A stretch of 64,000 nt of DNA from Candidatus Multivoradales bacterium (GTDB lineage: Bacteria; Acidobacteriota; Thermoanaerobaculia; Multivoradales; JAHEKO01), in assembly GCA_965223855.1 (NCBI GenBank), contig CBDCXM010000009.1, positions 2,624,001 to 2,688,000 on the forward strand, given 5' to 3'. The position numbers were made by a program, and so were the translations under genes. The notes beneath the pieces are model-generated. The model was not told the DNA's origin and ran no database searches. It saw only the letters and a list, made by a program, of their open reading frames with translations. This document shows, in pieces, positions 47,802 through 57,478 of this stretch; positions within the stretch are counted from its first letter, which is position 1; every line of letters begins with the position of its first letter.

Positions 47802-49093
47802 GTTCCTCCTGGAGTCTCGTTGTCCCGGTCCTGCTGGTCGGTCTCGCCGTCGGAATCGCTCTGGTCCTGGCGGGGCGTCGCAAGGGCGGAAAGGCAGACA
47901 AGGGTGGCGGGCAGCGGGATCGGGAGCTGGAGATCGAAGACGCGCGCGCGCGCCAGCAGGAGCTCTATGAGCAGCTGCGGGAGGCCGATGGCGAAGAGCG
48001 CGAGGAGCTCGAAATCGCGGCTGCTCGCAACCTCCAGCGTCTGGAGCAGCTCGGGGTAGACGGCGGGTCGATCGATCCGCCGCCGGCGCGCGAAGATCGC
48101 TCCGCCGGCCAGACCGGGGGGAGGAGCAGGACTGCTTCGCCCCTGGGTGCGTTCCTCGGGGGCGTCGCCTGTGCGGCTCTCATCGGCCTGCTGATCGTAT
48201 GGGCGCAGCGGGATGCGCGGCCGCGGGAGGACTCCGCGCCGATGCAGGCGCCGGCCGGCGCGCAGGAACCGCACGACGGCACGCCGGCGCTCGATCCGCA
48301 GCAGCAGCAGGCGCTCGAGCAGATCGCCTCGAGGGTCGAGAACGACCCGACCGACGTGATGGCGCGCAAGCAGTACGCCGTCGCGCTGCTCTCCACCGGT
48401 CAGTTCTTCAAGGCGTTCGAGCAGGCGGAGATCCTCCTCGCATCGGACGGTGACGACCCGGACGGCCTCTACGTCGCCGGGATGGTGCGCATGAGGATGG
48501 GGCAGGCGGAGACCTCGAAGCAGCTGCTCGATCGGGTGGTGGCCGCCTATCCGGATCACGTTCCCGCCCTGACCGCCCTGGGGGTACTGGCGGTGAGGAG
48601 CGATGGAATGGAAGCCGCCGAGGAGTACTGGCAGCAGGCGCTGGCGGCTTCGGGTGGGAGCAACCCCGAGGTGGAGCGGTTGATCGCCACGGCGCGGGCC
48701 GAAATGGCCGGCGGCTCGACCGGCGCGATGGGGTCGACGGGCGGAACACCGGCGAGGGCGGAGGCTCCGTCCCAGGGGGCGCCCTCGGGACCGGTCTACA
48801 CGGTGACTCTCGACCTGGCGCCCGGAGCGTCTTCCGGCGGGGTGCTGTTCGTCTCTTTGCGCCAGGAGGCCCCCGGACCGCCCGCCGCGGTACGCCGCAT
48901 CGATCGCCCCACCTTCCCCATGACGATCGTGCTCACGAGCGCAGACAGCATGCTCGGCCGACCGCTGCCGGAGGAGGGAATGCTGGCGGCACGTCTCGAC
49001 GGCGACGGTAGCGCTTCGACCCGCGAAGAGGGCGAGCCGAAGGCGCAGCGGTGGATGAAATCGGGCGAGGAGACGCGCCTCACACTGGAGTAG
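47798..49093 (+). CDS. ccmI: CcmI/CycH-like TPR protein
   Basis: Two TM segments, TPR helices, C-terminal LFV...GPPAAVRR...FP..ARLD.DG domain; last gene of the ccm operon. Confidence 0.75.
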   Translation: MSSSWSLVVPVLLVGLAVGIALVLAGRRKGGKADKGGGQRDRELEIEDARARQQELYEQLREADGEEREELEIAAARNLQRLEQLGVDGGSIDPPPAREDRSAGQTGGRSRTASPLGAFLGGVACAALIGLLIVWAQRDARPREDSAPMQAPAGAQEPHDGTPALDPQQQQALEQIASRVENDPTDVMARKQYAVALLSTGQFFKAFEQAEILLASDGDDPDGLYVAGMVRMRMGQAETSKQLLDRVVAAYPDHVPALTALGVLAVRSDGMEAAEEYWQQALAASGGSNPEVERLIATARAEMAGGSTGAMGSTGGTPARAEAPSQGAPSGPVYTVTLDLAPGASSGGVLFVSLRQEAPGPPAAVRRIDRPTFPMTIVLTSADSMLGRPLPEEGMLAARLDGDGSASTREEGEPKAQRWMKSGEETRLTLE

Positions 49094-49131
49094 GATCGCG
49101 GAGGGATAGGCCCTCCCGCTGGAGCGACCTG

Positions 49132-50232
49132 ATGAATCGACTGAGGCAACTGAGCGAGCACGGCCAGGCGGTGTGGCTGGACTACATACGCCGTGACCTG
49201 CTCAAGGGGGGCGAGCTTGCCGCGATGGTGGAGGAGGATGGTGTCACCGGCGTGACGAGCAACCCGGCGATCTTCAAGCAGGCGATCGCCGACAGTACGC
49301 TCTACGACAGCGCCCTGAGCACTCTCCTCGAAGGGGAACCGGAGGCTCCGGTCGTGCGCCTCTATGAAGAGCTCGCCGTGCAGGACATCCAGCGCGCTGC
49401 AGAGATTCTCTCGCCGGTCTACGAGCGCACCGAGGGTGCGGACGGCTTCGTCAGTCTCGAGGTCTCGCCGCACCTGGCGCGCGACACCGAGGGGACGATC
49501 GCCGAGGCGAGACGGCTCTGGGAGTGGGTCGAGCGTCCCAACCTGATGATCAAGGTACCGGCGACCGCGGAGGGGATCCCCGCGATCGAGCGGCTGATCG
49601 CTGCGGGGATCAACGTCAACGTGACGCTGATGTTCTCGCTCCGGCACTACGAGGACGTGGCGCAGGCCTACCTGCGCGGCCTCGCTTCGGTCGATGAGCC
49701 GGCTCGCGTCGCCTCGGTCGCCTCGTTCTTCGTCAGCCGGGTCGACGGCCGGATCGATCCGCTGCTCGAAGCGAGCGACGACGAGGCTGCCGCCGGGTTG
49801 ATCGGCTCGATCGGTATCGCCAACTGCAAGGCGGCCTACCGCCGCTATCAGGAACTCTTCGAAGGCGAGGCGTTCGCCGAACTGGCGGCACGCGGTGCGC
49901 GGCCGCAGCGTGTGCTGTGGGCCAGCACCAGCACCAAGAACCCCACCTACCGCGACGTCCTCTATGTCGAGGAGTTGATCGGCCGCGACACCGTCAACAC
50001 GATTCCTCCGGCGACGCTCGAGGCGTTTCGCGAACACGGCGTGGCTCGCGACAGTCTCACCGAGGATGTCCCGGCTGCGATCGCCGCACTCGACAGCCTC
50101 GCCGGGCTCGGCATCGACCTCGACCTCGTAACGGCCGAGCTCCAGGAGGACGGGGTCGAGGCGTTCGTGAAGCCGTTCGACAGCCTGCTGGCGACCCTCA
50201 ACTCCAAGCGCGACGCCCTGCTGGTGGCATGA
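49132..50232 (+). CDS. tal: Transaldolase
   Basis: GQAVWLD, GVTSNPAIF, VSLEVSP, NLMIKVPAT, NVTLMFS, SFFVSRVD, LWASTSTK. Confidence 0.96.
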   Translation: MNRLRQLSEHGQAVWLDYIRRDLLKGGELAAMVEEDGVTGVTSNPAIFKQAIADSTLYDSALSTLLEGEPEAPVVRLYEELAVQDIQRAAEILSPVYERTEGADGFVSLEVSPHLARDTEGTIAEARRLWEWVERPNLMIKVPATAEGIPAIERLIAAGINVNVTLMFSLRHYEDVAQAYLRGLASVDEPARVASVASFFVSRVDGRIDPLLEASDDEAAAGLIGSIGIANCKAAYRRYQELFEGEAFAELAARGARPQRVLWASTSTKNPTYRDVLYVEELIGRDTVNTIPPATLEAFREHGVARDSLTEDVPAAIAALDSLAGLGIDLDLVTAELQEDGVEAFVKPFDSLLATLNSKRDALLVA

Positions 50233-51746
50233 GCGCCGGCCGGCAACGACTCGAACCGGGCGCGCTCGGCCCGGTCTACGAGTCTCTGCTCGGTCGGCTC
50301 GAGGCTGAGGAGTTCTCCCGAAGGCTCGTCGACGGAGACGAAACGCTCTGGCCTCCTGAGCAGGCCGCCGGGGAGAGGCTCGGGTGGGTAGGTCTGCCGT
50401 CGAAGATGGCATCAGAGGTGGGGGCGATCGAGAGCTTCGCACGCGAGGCACGGGGCGAGTTCGACCACGTCGTACTGCTGGGGATGGGCGGTTCGAGCCT
50501 CGGAGCGGCGGTGATCGCCAACCTGCTCCGTACGGCGGACGCTCCGGAGCTGCTGGTCCTCGACAGCACCCACCCGACCGCGGTCGCCGCACATCTCGAG
50601 GTCCTCGATCCACGGCGGACCTTGCACATCGCGGCGTCCAAGTCCGGCACGACTCTCGAGACCAGCGCGCTGCTCGAGACTTTCTGGGAGAGACTGCCCG
50701 AGGGTTCCCGCTTCGCCGCCATCACCGACCCCGGCACGCCGCTGGCCGAGCTCGGCCGCGAGCGGTCGTTCCGCCGGGTGTTCGACTCGCCGGCGGATGT
50801 CGGAGGGCGTTTCAGCGCCCTGTCGCCGTTCGGCCTGGTCCCCGCCGCTCTCGTCGGTGGCGACGTCGGAGCATTGCTGGAGGGTGGACGGTCGGCCGTT
50901 GCAGAGGCGGCCGAGGCAACCCACCTCGGGGCGCTGCTCGCGGCCGCGGCGCTCGAGAGGCGGAACAAGCTGACCCTCGGCGCGCCCCCGGAGCTGATGT
51001 TGTTCCTGGGCTGGCTCGAGCAGTTGGTGGCGGAGAGCTCGGGCAAGGGCGGGCGCGGCCTGGTGCCGGTCTATGGAGAGCCGACGGGCGCGGCGGTGTC
51101 GGGAGATCGGCTACGGGTGACGCTGACGACAGCCGGCGACGCCGCCGAAGAGGGAGACGTGGTCCTCCACTGGACCGATCCGCTCGATGCCGGGGCTCTC
51201 GGTGCTCAGTTCCAGCATTGGGAGATCGCCACAGCGGCGGCCTGCTGGCTGCTGGAGGTGCCGCCGTTCGATCAGCCGGACGTCGAGCGGGCCAAGCAGA
51301 TCGCTCGTGACCTGATGGCCGGTGACCCGACGGAAGAGGAAGGTATCCCGTCCGTCGGCGTGGATGATGGCGAAGCCTTGTCGACGGCACTGGCAACCTG
51401 GCTCGAGGGCGCGGCGGAGGGCGACTACATCGCGATCCAGGCGTTCCTGCCCGAGGCGGAGGAGGTCCGAGTGACGGTCGAGGGCCTGCGCCGCGACCTC
51501 GCCGCCACCGGTCTGCCGACGACGCTGGGGTGGGGGCCGAGATACCTCCATTCGACCGGTCAGTTGCACAAGGGGGGACCGGCCGGAGTGTTCTGTCTTC
51601 AGATCGTCGACCGGGGGTCCGACGACGTCCGGATTCCCGGGATGGGCTTCGGCTTTCGCCGCCTGATCGATGGGCAGGCTCTCGGCGACGGCAAGGCGTT
51701 GCTCGAGAAGGGCAGAAGCGTTCTGCGCGTGGTGATCGACCGCTGA
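50229..51746 (+). CDS. pgi: Glucose-6-phosphate isomerase (Tal/Pgi-type)
   Basis: LGW, GMGGSSLG, SKSGTTLET, ITDPG, VGGRFSALS, EQLVAESSGK, FDQPDVE..K, GPRYLHSTGQLHKGG. Confidence 0.92.
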   Translation: MSAGRQRLEPGALGPVYESLLGRLEAEEFSRRLVDGDETLWPPEQAAGERLGWVGLPSKMASEVGAIESFAREARGEFDHVVLLGMGGSSLGAAVIANLLRTADAPELLVLDSTHPTAVAAHLEVLDPRRTLHIAASKSGTTLETSALLETFWERLPEGSRFAAITDPGTPLAELGRERSFRRVFDSPADVGGRFSALSPFGLVPAALVGGDVGALLEGGRSAVAEAAEATHLGALLAAAALERRNKLTLGAPPELMLFLGWLEQLVAESSGKGGRGLVPVYGEPTGAAVSGDRLRVTLTTAGDAAEEGDVVLHWTDPLDAGALGAQFQHWEIATAAACWLLEVPPFDQPDVERAKQIARDLMAGDPTEEEGIPSVGVDDGEALSTALATWLEGAAEGDYIAIQAFLPEAEEVRVTVEGLRRDLAATGLPTTLGWGPRYLHSTGQLHKGGPAGVFCLQIVDRGSDDVRIPGMGFGFRRLIDGQALGDGKALLEKGRSVLRVVIDR

Positions 51747-52465
51747 GCGGGCGCGTCGTTCAGGTCGGCAGGGATGCCGCAGTTGCGGCTTCGGTACTGG
51801 CGAAGGACGTCGTCGCCACCCTGGATCTCGCAATTCGCGAGCGGGGCGAGGCCTGGCTGGTGCTGTCGGGGGGCTCGAGCCCGGTCGACCTGTACCGCAC
51901 CCTGGCCACCGAGCATTCGGGCTCCCTCGACTGGGCGCGAGTGAAGTTCACCTGGAGCGACGAGCGTTGCGTGCCTCCCGACGACGGCGCCAGCAACTTC
52001 GCCCTGGGGTATCGCGAGCTGCTGAGGCCGCTGCGGATCGAGGAGCGGATGTGGGTTCGACTGGAGGGGGAGATCGAACCCGAGACGGCGGCTCGCAGGG
52101 CGAGCCTCGCGCTCGACGGTACCCGCTTCGATCTCGTGCTGCTCGGGGTGGGGACCGACGGCCACACGGCATCGCTCTTCGGCCGCGCCGGAGGCTCCGA
52201 CTGGGCTGAGTCGCGGGAATGGGTCGTGGCCACGGAGGCGCCCGTCGCCCCTCACCGGCGGCTGTCGCTGACGCCGTTGGCGTTGCGGCACGGCAGGGAG
52301 GTGCGATTTCTCGCCTGCGGCGCGGACAAGGCCGAGGTCGTCGATCGAGTTCTGTCCGGCGGTTCCAGGGAGGCGGCCAGCTGGATCGATCGCAGCGCGG
52401 AGCGAGTCGTCTGGCATCTGGACGAAGCGGCGGCGACCGAGTGGCGCCTGCGCCGCAAGCGATAG
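51743..52465 (+). CDS. pgl: 6-phosphogluconolactonase (start uncertain, possibly CTG 51743)
   Basis: LSGGSSP, DERCVPPD..SN, FDLVLLGVGTDGHTASLF, RLSLT, G.DKA. Confidence 0.92.
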   Translation: MSGRVVQVGRDAAVAASVLAKDVVATLDLAIRERGEAWLVLSGGSSPVDLYRTLATEHSGSLDWARVKFTWSDERCVPPDDGASNFALGYRELLRPLRIEERMWVRLEGEIEPETAARRASLALDGTRFDLVLLGVGTDGHTASLFGRAGGSDWAESREWVVATEAPVAPHRRLSLTPLALRHGREVRFLACGADKAEVVDRVLSGGSREAASWIDRSAERVVWHLDEAAATEWRLRRKR

Positions 52466-52520
52466 CAGCCTCAGAAAGACACCGGCGCCTGAGGGCCTGA
52501 GGCCCGCGACTCGCCGGGCT

Positions 52521-53309
52521 ATGATCGCCTGGATGTTCACGCGACAACCGATCCGACCCGGCGGCTTCGGCGGCGGCCTGACGCGCCCCGTTCCCCCGGA
52601 CATCTGGTGGCTGCTCGGCGTCGTCTTCGTCACCTACTCGCTGCGCTTCTTCGCCAGCACGGCGTGGCTCCCTGCGCTGCTCGAGTTGACCCCGGACGTC
52701 TGGCAGCGCGGATTCCTCTGGCAGCTGGCGACCTACCCGTTCGTCGGGGTTCGGCAGGGGGGGATCTGGCTCGTCATCACGCTCCTGATCCTCTACATGT
52801 TCTCGGGAGAGGTGCGAGCCCGCCTGGGTCGCCGGGGATTCTGGCAACTGCTGCTCTCGGCCGCCGTGGTCGGCTCCGTCGTGGCGGTCGTCGTGCAGCT
52901 CGTAGCCAACGCGGTCACGACCGGCGTGGCTGGAGGGTTCCCCATCCTCCAGGGAGAGCGGATGCTGATGGCCATCGTCATCGCCGCCTTCGCGACCCTG
53001 GCGGGCGACGCGGTGATCTACCTCTTCTTCGTGCTGCCCATCAAGGCTCGGTGGTTCCTGGGTCTGGAGCTGCTGTTCGCCTTCCTCGCGTTCCTGACGA
53101 CCCGAGATCTCGCAGGGATGCTCGGCCTGTGGGCGGCGGTCGGCTTCACCTTCTTCAGTCTCGAGGGCCGTCGCGGAGGCAGGGGGGTGCTGCGCGAGGC
53201 GTGGCTGAGACTGCAGGAGAAGTGGTTCCGGCTGCGGCTCGATCGGGCCCGTCGCAAGCGGGGTCTCGAGGTGCTACCGGGCGGCCGCAAGGACGACTGG
53301 TTGCACTGA
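52521..53309 (+). CDS. Rhomboid-like / DUF1751 membrane protein (start may be ATG 52533)
   Basis: LWQLATYPF, FFVLPIKARW, hydrophobic, C-terminal LEVLPGG...WLH tail. Confidence 0.65.
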   Translation: MIAWMFTRQPIRPGGFGGGLTRPVPPDIWWLLGVVFVTYSLRFFASTAWLPALLELTPDVWQRGFLWQLATYPFVGVRQGGIWLVITLLILYMFSGEVRARLGRRGFWQLLLSAAVVGSVVAVVVQLVANAVTTGVAGGFPILQGERMLMAIVIAAFATLAGDAVIYLFFVLPIKARWFLGLELLFAFLAFLTTRDLAGMLGLWAAVGFTFFSLEGRRGGRGVLREAWLRLQEKWFRLRLDRARRKRGLEVLPGGRKDDWLH

Positions 53310-53427
53310 CGCTCGGACCTGCCTGACTCTCCTTCTCGTCGGATCGTCGCCGAGCCGGTCGCCCGGAGACAGAACACCCGCCCGAGCAGAGCCCGGGCGG
53401 GTGACTCGTCAACACACGGCTCGGAGG

Positions 53428-54198
53428 TCAGTTCCCCGAACTGTGGTTGACCTGCACGTTGGTCTCACCGCCGCTGCTGCTGAGGACGATGGTGAGCTGC
53501 CGGCCGTCCGCGTGGGTGGCCGTGACGCTGCCCCCCTCCTGACCGCCTCCGCTGTAGGTCGCCCGGTCGGTGTCGAAGCCCTGCGGGTCCAGCTCCCCCT
53601 CGTAGTAGTCGATCAGCGAGCCGACGCTCTGCGAGGTCGTGTAGGAGAAGGCACCCGCGGTCTGCGAGCCTCCGCTCGTCTGCATCAGCACGGAGGGCTC
53701 CGAGGCACCTGCCGGGATCGGCACCCACGACGGGGTGTCGCTGCCGCCACCGTCGCCGAAGTAGGTCGTCTGCTGCCCTTCGTCGTCGCGCATCGTGACG
53801 ACCGCACCGCCGTCGGCGGGGTTGTTGATCGTCATCGACCCCTCCCCGGTGCTGATCGAGAAGCCCTCGTTCTCGAAGTCCGACCAGTCGAACGTCATCT
53901 CCTCACCGGTCGTCTTGTCGCGCACGGTGATCGTCTGATCGTCGTTGTCGGTGCTCACCATCTCGAGGTCGGGGTTCATCCTGACCGCGAGCTCGGCGGC
54001 AGCGCGACCGGGGTTGTCGGCGAAGTCCTCGGCGAAGTTCTTCGCCTTCTTGGCGACGAAGAAGGTACAGGCGCCGAAGCCGAGCGCGAGCAGCATCAGC
54101 AGCCCGAGGCAGCCGATGAGGATCCAGGCGACCGGGCTGAGACCCTTCTTGGCGGGCTGCGGCGGCGGTGCGGGAGGTGGGGTCTGCGGTTCGGACAT
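53428..54198 (-). CDS. Hypothetical membrane-anchored protein
   Basis: AGGAG RBS, Pro-rich N-terminus, KKGLS..WILIGC TM segment, PSWVP motif. Confidence 0.7.
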   Translation of the reverse strand: MSEPQTPPPAPPPQPAKKGLSPVAWILIGCLGLLMLLALGFGACTFFVAKKAKNFAEDFADNPGRAAAELAVRMNPDLEMVSTDNDDQTITVRDKTTGEEMTFDWSDFENEGFSISTGEGSMTINNPADGGAVVTMRDDEGQQTTYFGDGGGSDTPSWVPIPAGASEPSVLMQTSGGSQTAGAFSYTTSQSVGSLIDYYEGELDPQGFDTDRATYSGGGQEGGSVTATHADGRQLTIVLSSSGGETNVQVNHSSGN

Positions 54199-54290
54199 CT
54201 TCGGGTCTCCTGGTTCTGAGTCGAGCCGGCGGCGCGTGCGCGCGAGGCCGGCTGCTCGATCGATGTAGAGGCTACGGGGGTAACAGGTCG

Positions 54291-55748
54291 CTAGTCTAGC
54301 GAAACGTTACCGGCCGGCGCTCCAGGCGACACCCTGCGAGCGCCGAGAGCGACGAGGTAGTTGGCGGCCACGCCCAGCGTGCCGGCATGGAGCCCGTGCC
54401 AGCGGGAGAGACCGGCGAAGTGAAGGGTCAGGGCGACCGCAAGCCCGGCGACGAGCCCCGTCAGGATGTGGCTCCCTGAGAACGGTCGACGGGTTCGAAG
54501 CGTCCCGAGGACGAAGGCGGGGGAAAGCTGGATGAGGATCTCGAACTTGATCACCAGCAGTTCCCAGAGGGTGCCGAGCGGACGCAGGGCGAGCGCCACC
54601 AGCAGTGCCATCACTGCGACCGACACCCAGACCCCCATTCGCGAGCCCTCCGGCCTTCGATCTCCGCGGTGGATCAGATCGCGGGCAACGATCGACGAGA
54701 GGGAGAGGAGGCAGGAATCGGCGGTCGACATGATGGCCGCCAGCACGCCGAGGGTGACGAGCAGCACCGGCCAGCGGGCGATCGGGCTCTCGTCGACCAG
54801 ATGGTCGAGGACGCGAAAGGTCACCTGGTCGCTCTCCGGCCTCGACAGCTCGGGGAAGAGGACGATGCCGGCGAGCCCGAGGAAGACGACGGTCGTGATG
54901 GCTATGTGGGGCAGGAAGGCCATCGTCGCCAGGGCGCGCTTGAGGTCGATGAGGCGCCGCGCTGCGTAGATGCGCTGAATTGCCTGCGGGTAGAGGGGCG
55001 CGCCCAGCCCGAGCAGAAGGAAGTTGCTGATCCAAAGGGCGCAGTCCTCGAGATCCGGAGTGGCGATGCGGTCAGGGGCCGTCTGTGTCAGGCGCTCGAT
55101 GACGGTCGCCGGAGTGCCGACGACGTCGAAGAGGAGAACGGCCGCGAGCAGCAGGCCGAGGAAGAGCACTCCCCCCTGGAGGGCGTCGGTCCACGCCACG
55201 GCGCGCATGCCGCCGAGGATCTCGTAGGCGAGGATGACCACGGCGCCGCCGACGACTCCCGCCCAGTAGGGGATCTGCCCCCCGGTCAATCCGGAGAACG
55301 CGTGACCCATCGCCATCAGCTGCGCCAGCAGGAAGTTGACGAGGGTGACGACGAGGATGAGATTGCCGATGCGGCTCAAACCTCGGTGCTCGAAGCGGTG
55401 ATCGAGATAGTCGCCCGGGGTGACGAAGTCGTGCCGGCGGGCCAGCCTGAAGAGGCGCGGAGCGAACAGCAGGTAGCCGCCGACGATGCCGACCATGAAC
55501 GTCACGCTCATGTAGTAGGTCAGCCCTTCGCGATACGTCTGGCCTGGGAAGCCGGACAGGGAGTTGCCGCTGTACTGGGTCGCGAAGAGGGTGAAGAGCA
55601 ACACCAGCGGGCCGAGCCCGCGTCCGGCGAGGTAGAACTCGCTCCAGGTGTGGGCTCTGCGGGCACGGTGACTGCGCCACCCGATCACCACCAGGGCGAT
55701 CAGATAGACGGCCGCAGCTGTGAGGAGCGCCGGGCCGCCGTCAGACAT
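54291..55748 (-). CDS. Sodium:solute symporter (PanF-like)
   Basis: EFYLAGRGLG, ATQYSG, GGMRAVAWTD, QRIYAA, AAIMSTADS. Confidence 0.9.
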   Translation of the reverse strand: MSDGGPALLTAAAVYLIALVVIGWRSHRARRAHTWSEFYLAGRGLGPLVLLFTLFATQYSGNSLSGFPGQTYREGLTYYMSVTFMVGIVGGYLLFAPRLFRLARRHDFVTPGDYLDHRFEHRGLSRIGNLILVVTLVNFLLAQLMAMGHAFSGLTGGQIPYWAGVVGGAVVILAYEILGGMRAVAWTDALQGGVLFLGLLLAAVLLFDVVGTPATVIERLTQTAPDRIATPDLEDCALWISNFLLLGLGAPLYPQAIQRIYAARRLIDLKRALATMAFLPHIAITTVVFLGLAGIVLFPELSRPESDQVTFRVLDHLVDESPIARWPVLLVTLGVLAAIMSTADSCLLSLSSIVARDLIHRGDRRPEGSRMGVWVSVAVMALLVALALRPLGTLWELLVIKFEILIQLSPAFVLGTLRTRRPFSGSHILTGLVAGLAVALTLHFAGLSRWHGLHAGTLGVAANYLVALGARRVSPGAPAGNVSLD

Positions 55749-55953
55749 CGTCGTCAGACCAGTAGCGCAGGACTCCCCAGGCGATCAGAGCCGAGAGCAG
55801 GACGGTGAAGCCGCCGCTCCACCACAGCCACAGCGGCAGGCCAAGCCACAGTCTGGGCGATCCTTCGCCGAGAAAGGGGAGCGGTGCGGTGCCCAGGGCG
55901 ACGAGACCGAGCAGCACCATGAAGCCACGGTGGCGCCGCGGTTCGTCGCTCAC
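55741..55953 (-). CDS. Small 2-TM partner protein of the SSS transporter (DUF997/DUF3311-like)
   Basis: GLPLWLWW motif, overlaps the start of the SSS gene. Confidence 0.7.
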   Translation of the reverse strand: MSDEPRRHRGFMVLLGLVALGTAPLPFLGEGSPRLWLGLPLWLWWSGGFTVLLSALIAWGVLRYWSDDDV

Positions 55954-55959
55954 CGGGAG

Positions 55960-56976
55960 CTACTGCTGAATCTTCGAGAGCGCCGCCGCGAGGGCGTTGA
56001 AGCCGCCATCCGACTCGGTCTGGCTCTTCTTGAACGCCTCGTAGTCTTCGCGACTGCCCTCGGAGGCGTCCCCCTCGAGGCCGAGAGAGATCCGCTGCCG
56101 TCGGGGTTCGATGCTCAGAACCTTGACGTTGAGCCGCTTGCCCGGCGGGAACACCCTGGCGGCTGAGCTGTCGCGCGGGATCATCATCTTCGAGCTGGGC
56201 AGGAGGCCGGAGAGACCGGGCTCGAGTTGGATGAAGGCGCCGAATCGCTCGACCTTCTCGACGATCCCCTCGATCGTCATCCCGGTCGAGTACTTCTCGG
56301 CGGCGTCGCGCCACGGGTCGGGCTCGAGCGCCTTCATCGACAGCGAGATCCTCCGACCTCCCTTGTCGATCTTGAGGACCTTCACCGTCACGTCATCCCC
56401 CGGCTGGACGACGTCCTCGGTCTTTTCGACGCGGCGTCGCGCGAGCTCGGAGATGTGGACGAGGCCCTGGGTACCGCCGAGATCGACGAACGCCCCGAAG
56501 TCCTTGACCGTTACGACCTTGCCCTGAAGGACGGCTCCGGTCTCGATCTTCTGCGGCTTGGGCGGACCCTGAGGGACGGCCTGCTGGCGCAGGTGCGAGA
56601 CGCGGGAGAGAACGACCTGGTCGTCCCCTTCGATCGTCAGAACGAAGAACTCGAACTCCTGGCCGACGTAGCTCTCGCCCGGCCTGGGATCGCCCAGTTC
56701 CATCTGAGACAGCTCACACGAGCAGGTCACGCCATCGACCTCGACCTCGAGCGCCTCTTCGCCGGCGGCGACCACGGTCCCGGTGACCGCTTTTCCGGAC
56801 TGCATCGCTCCGCGAATCGCGTCGATCGCAGCCTCCGTCGTTTCCGGGGCAGCAGTTTCCTGCGCTTCGGTCTCGGCGGCCTCGGCTTCGCCGTCGGCGC
56901 TCGCCTCCGCGGTCACTTCCGCAGTTTCCTCTTCCGTGGTCAGCTCTTCGACGTCGACGCTCGAATCTGCACTCAT
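55960..56976 (-). CDS. S1 RNA-binding domain protein (short RpsA-like)
   Basis: Acidic N-terminus, one degenerate and two clear S1 domains (DFGAFVDLGG..GLVHISE; RFGAFIQLEPG.SGL). Confidence 0.88.
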   Translation of the reverse strand: MSADSSVDVEELTTEEETAEVTAEASADGEAEAAETEAQETAAPETTEAAIDAIRGAMQSGKAVTGTVVAAGEEALEVEVDGVTCSCELSQMELGDPRPGESYVGQEFEFFVLTIEGDDQVVLSRVSHLRQQAVPQGPPKPQKIETGAVLQGKVVTVKDFGAFVDLGGTQGLVHISELARRRVEKTEDVVQPGDDVTVKVLKIDKGGRRISLSMKALEPDPWRDAAEKYSTGMTIEGIVEKVERFGAFIQLEPGLSGLLPSSKMMIPRDSSAARVFPPGKRLNVKVLSIEPRRQRISLGLEGDASEGSREDYEAFKKSQTESDGGFNALAAALSKIQQ

Positions 56977-57008
56977 AGCGTGTACCTGCTCTTCAAGATT
57001 TGGGGCGA

Positions 57009-57039
57009 TGACAAGGTTGTCGCGGTGACAAGGTTGTCG
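57009..57039. repeat. Tandem 14-bp direct repeat with internal palindrome, upstream of the S1 gene
   Basis: TGACAAGGTTGTCG at 57009-57022 and 57026-57039; core GACAA-GG-TTGTC. Confidence 0.75.
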
Positions 57040-57229
57040 GTGAAAGGGTGGGCCGCAGTCGCTCGTCGAGGTATGTGGCACGGTGACGAGCCAAGCGTCG
57101 GTCGGGAGACCGAGGGCGCGCTGCGACGCGGGGCGCTCAGTGTACAACATCCGCGAGGGTGGGCGGGGGTGGGAGTCGGCCCGGATCGTGCGTAGAATGG
57201 CCGTCGTTCACGACCCGAGAGGAAGAGAG

Positions 57230-57472
57230 ATGGAACTCACCGCCAGCGAAGCCGCAATCCTCGAGCGCTACCTCGACAAGATGCACATGGCGGGAGGGCC
57301 ACGCGCAGGCTACCTCCTGCGCCGCCGCGCCATCGAAGCGGGCGTCGATCCTTCACTCGACCTCGACGCGGGGCTGGGAGGCCTGGTCGAGCGCGGGTTG
57401 CTGGCGACGAGCGAGGGGGGGGAGCTGCTCTACCTCACGGAAGAAGGCGCCACGGCGATCACGGCGCTCTGA
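57230..57472 (+). CDS. Small hypothetical protein (winged-helix-like); start may be 57197
   Basis: ELTASE..IL, GL..LVERGLL....LYLTEEG pattern; purine-rich RBS. Confidence 0.6.
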   Translation: MELTASEAAILERYLDKMHMAGGPRAGYLLRRRAIEAGVDPSLDLDAGLGGLVERGLLATSEGGELLYLTEEGATAITAL

Positions 57473-57478
57473 GTCCGC

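Noticed and set aside
42156-49093. ccm operon as a novel system
   Set aside because: Canonical System I cytochrome c maturation gene order and motifs
49132-51746. tal-pgi as a frameshifted fusion pseudogene
   Set aside because: Both ORFs are complete and joined by a normal ATGA overlap
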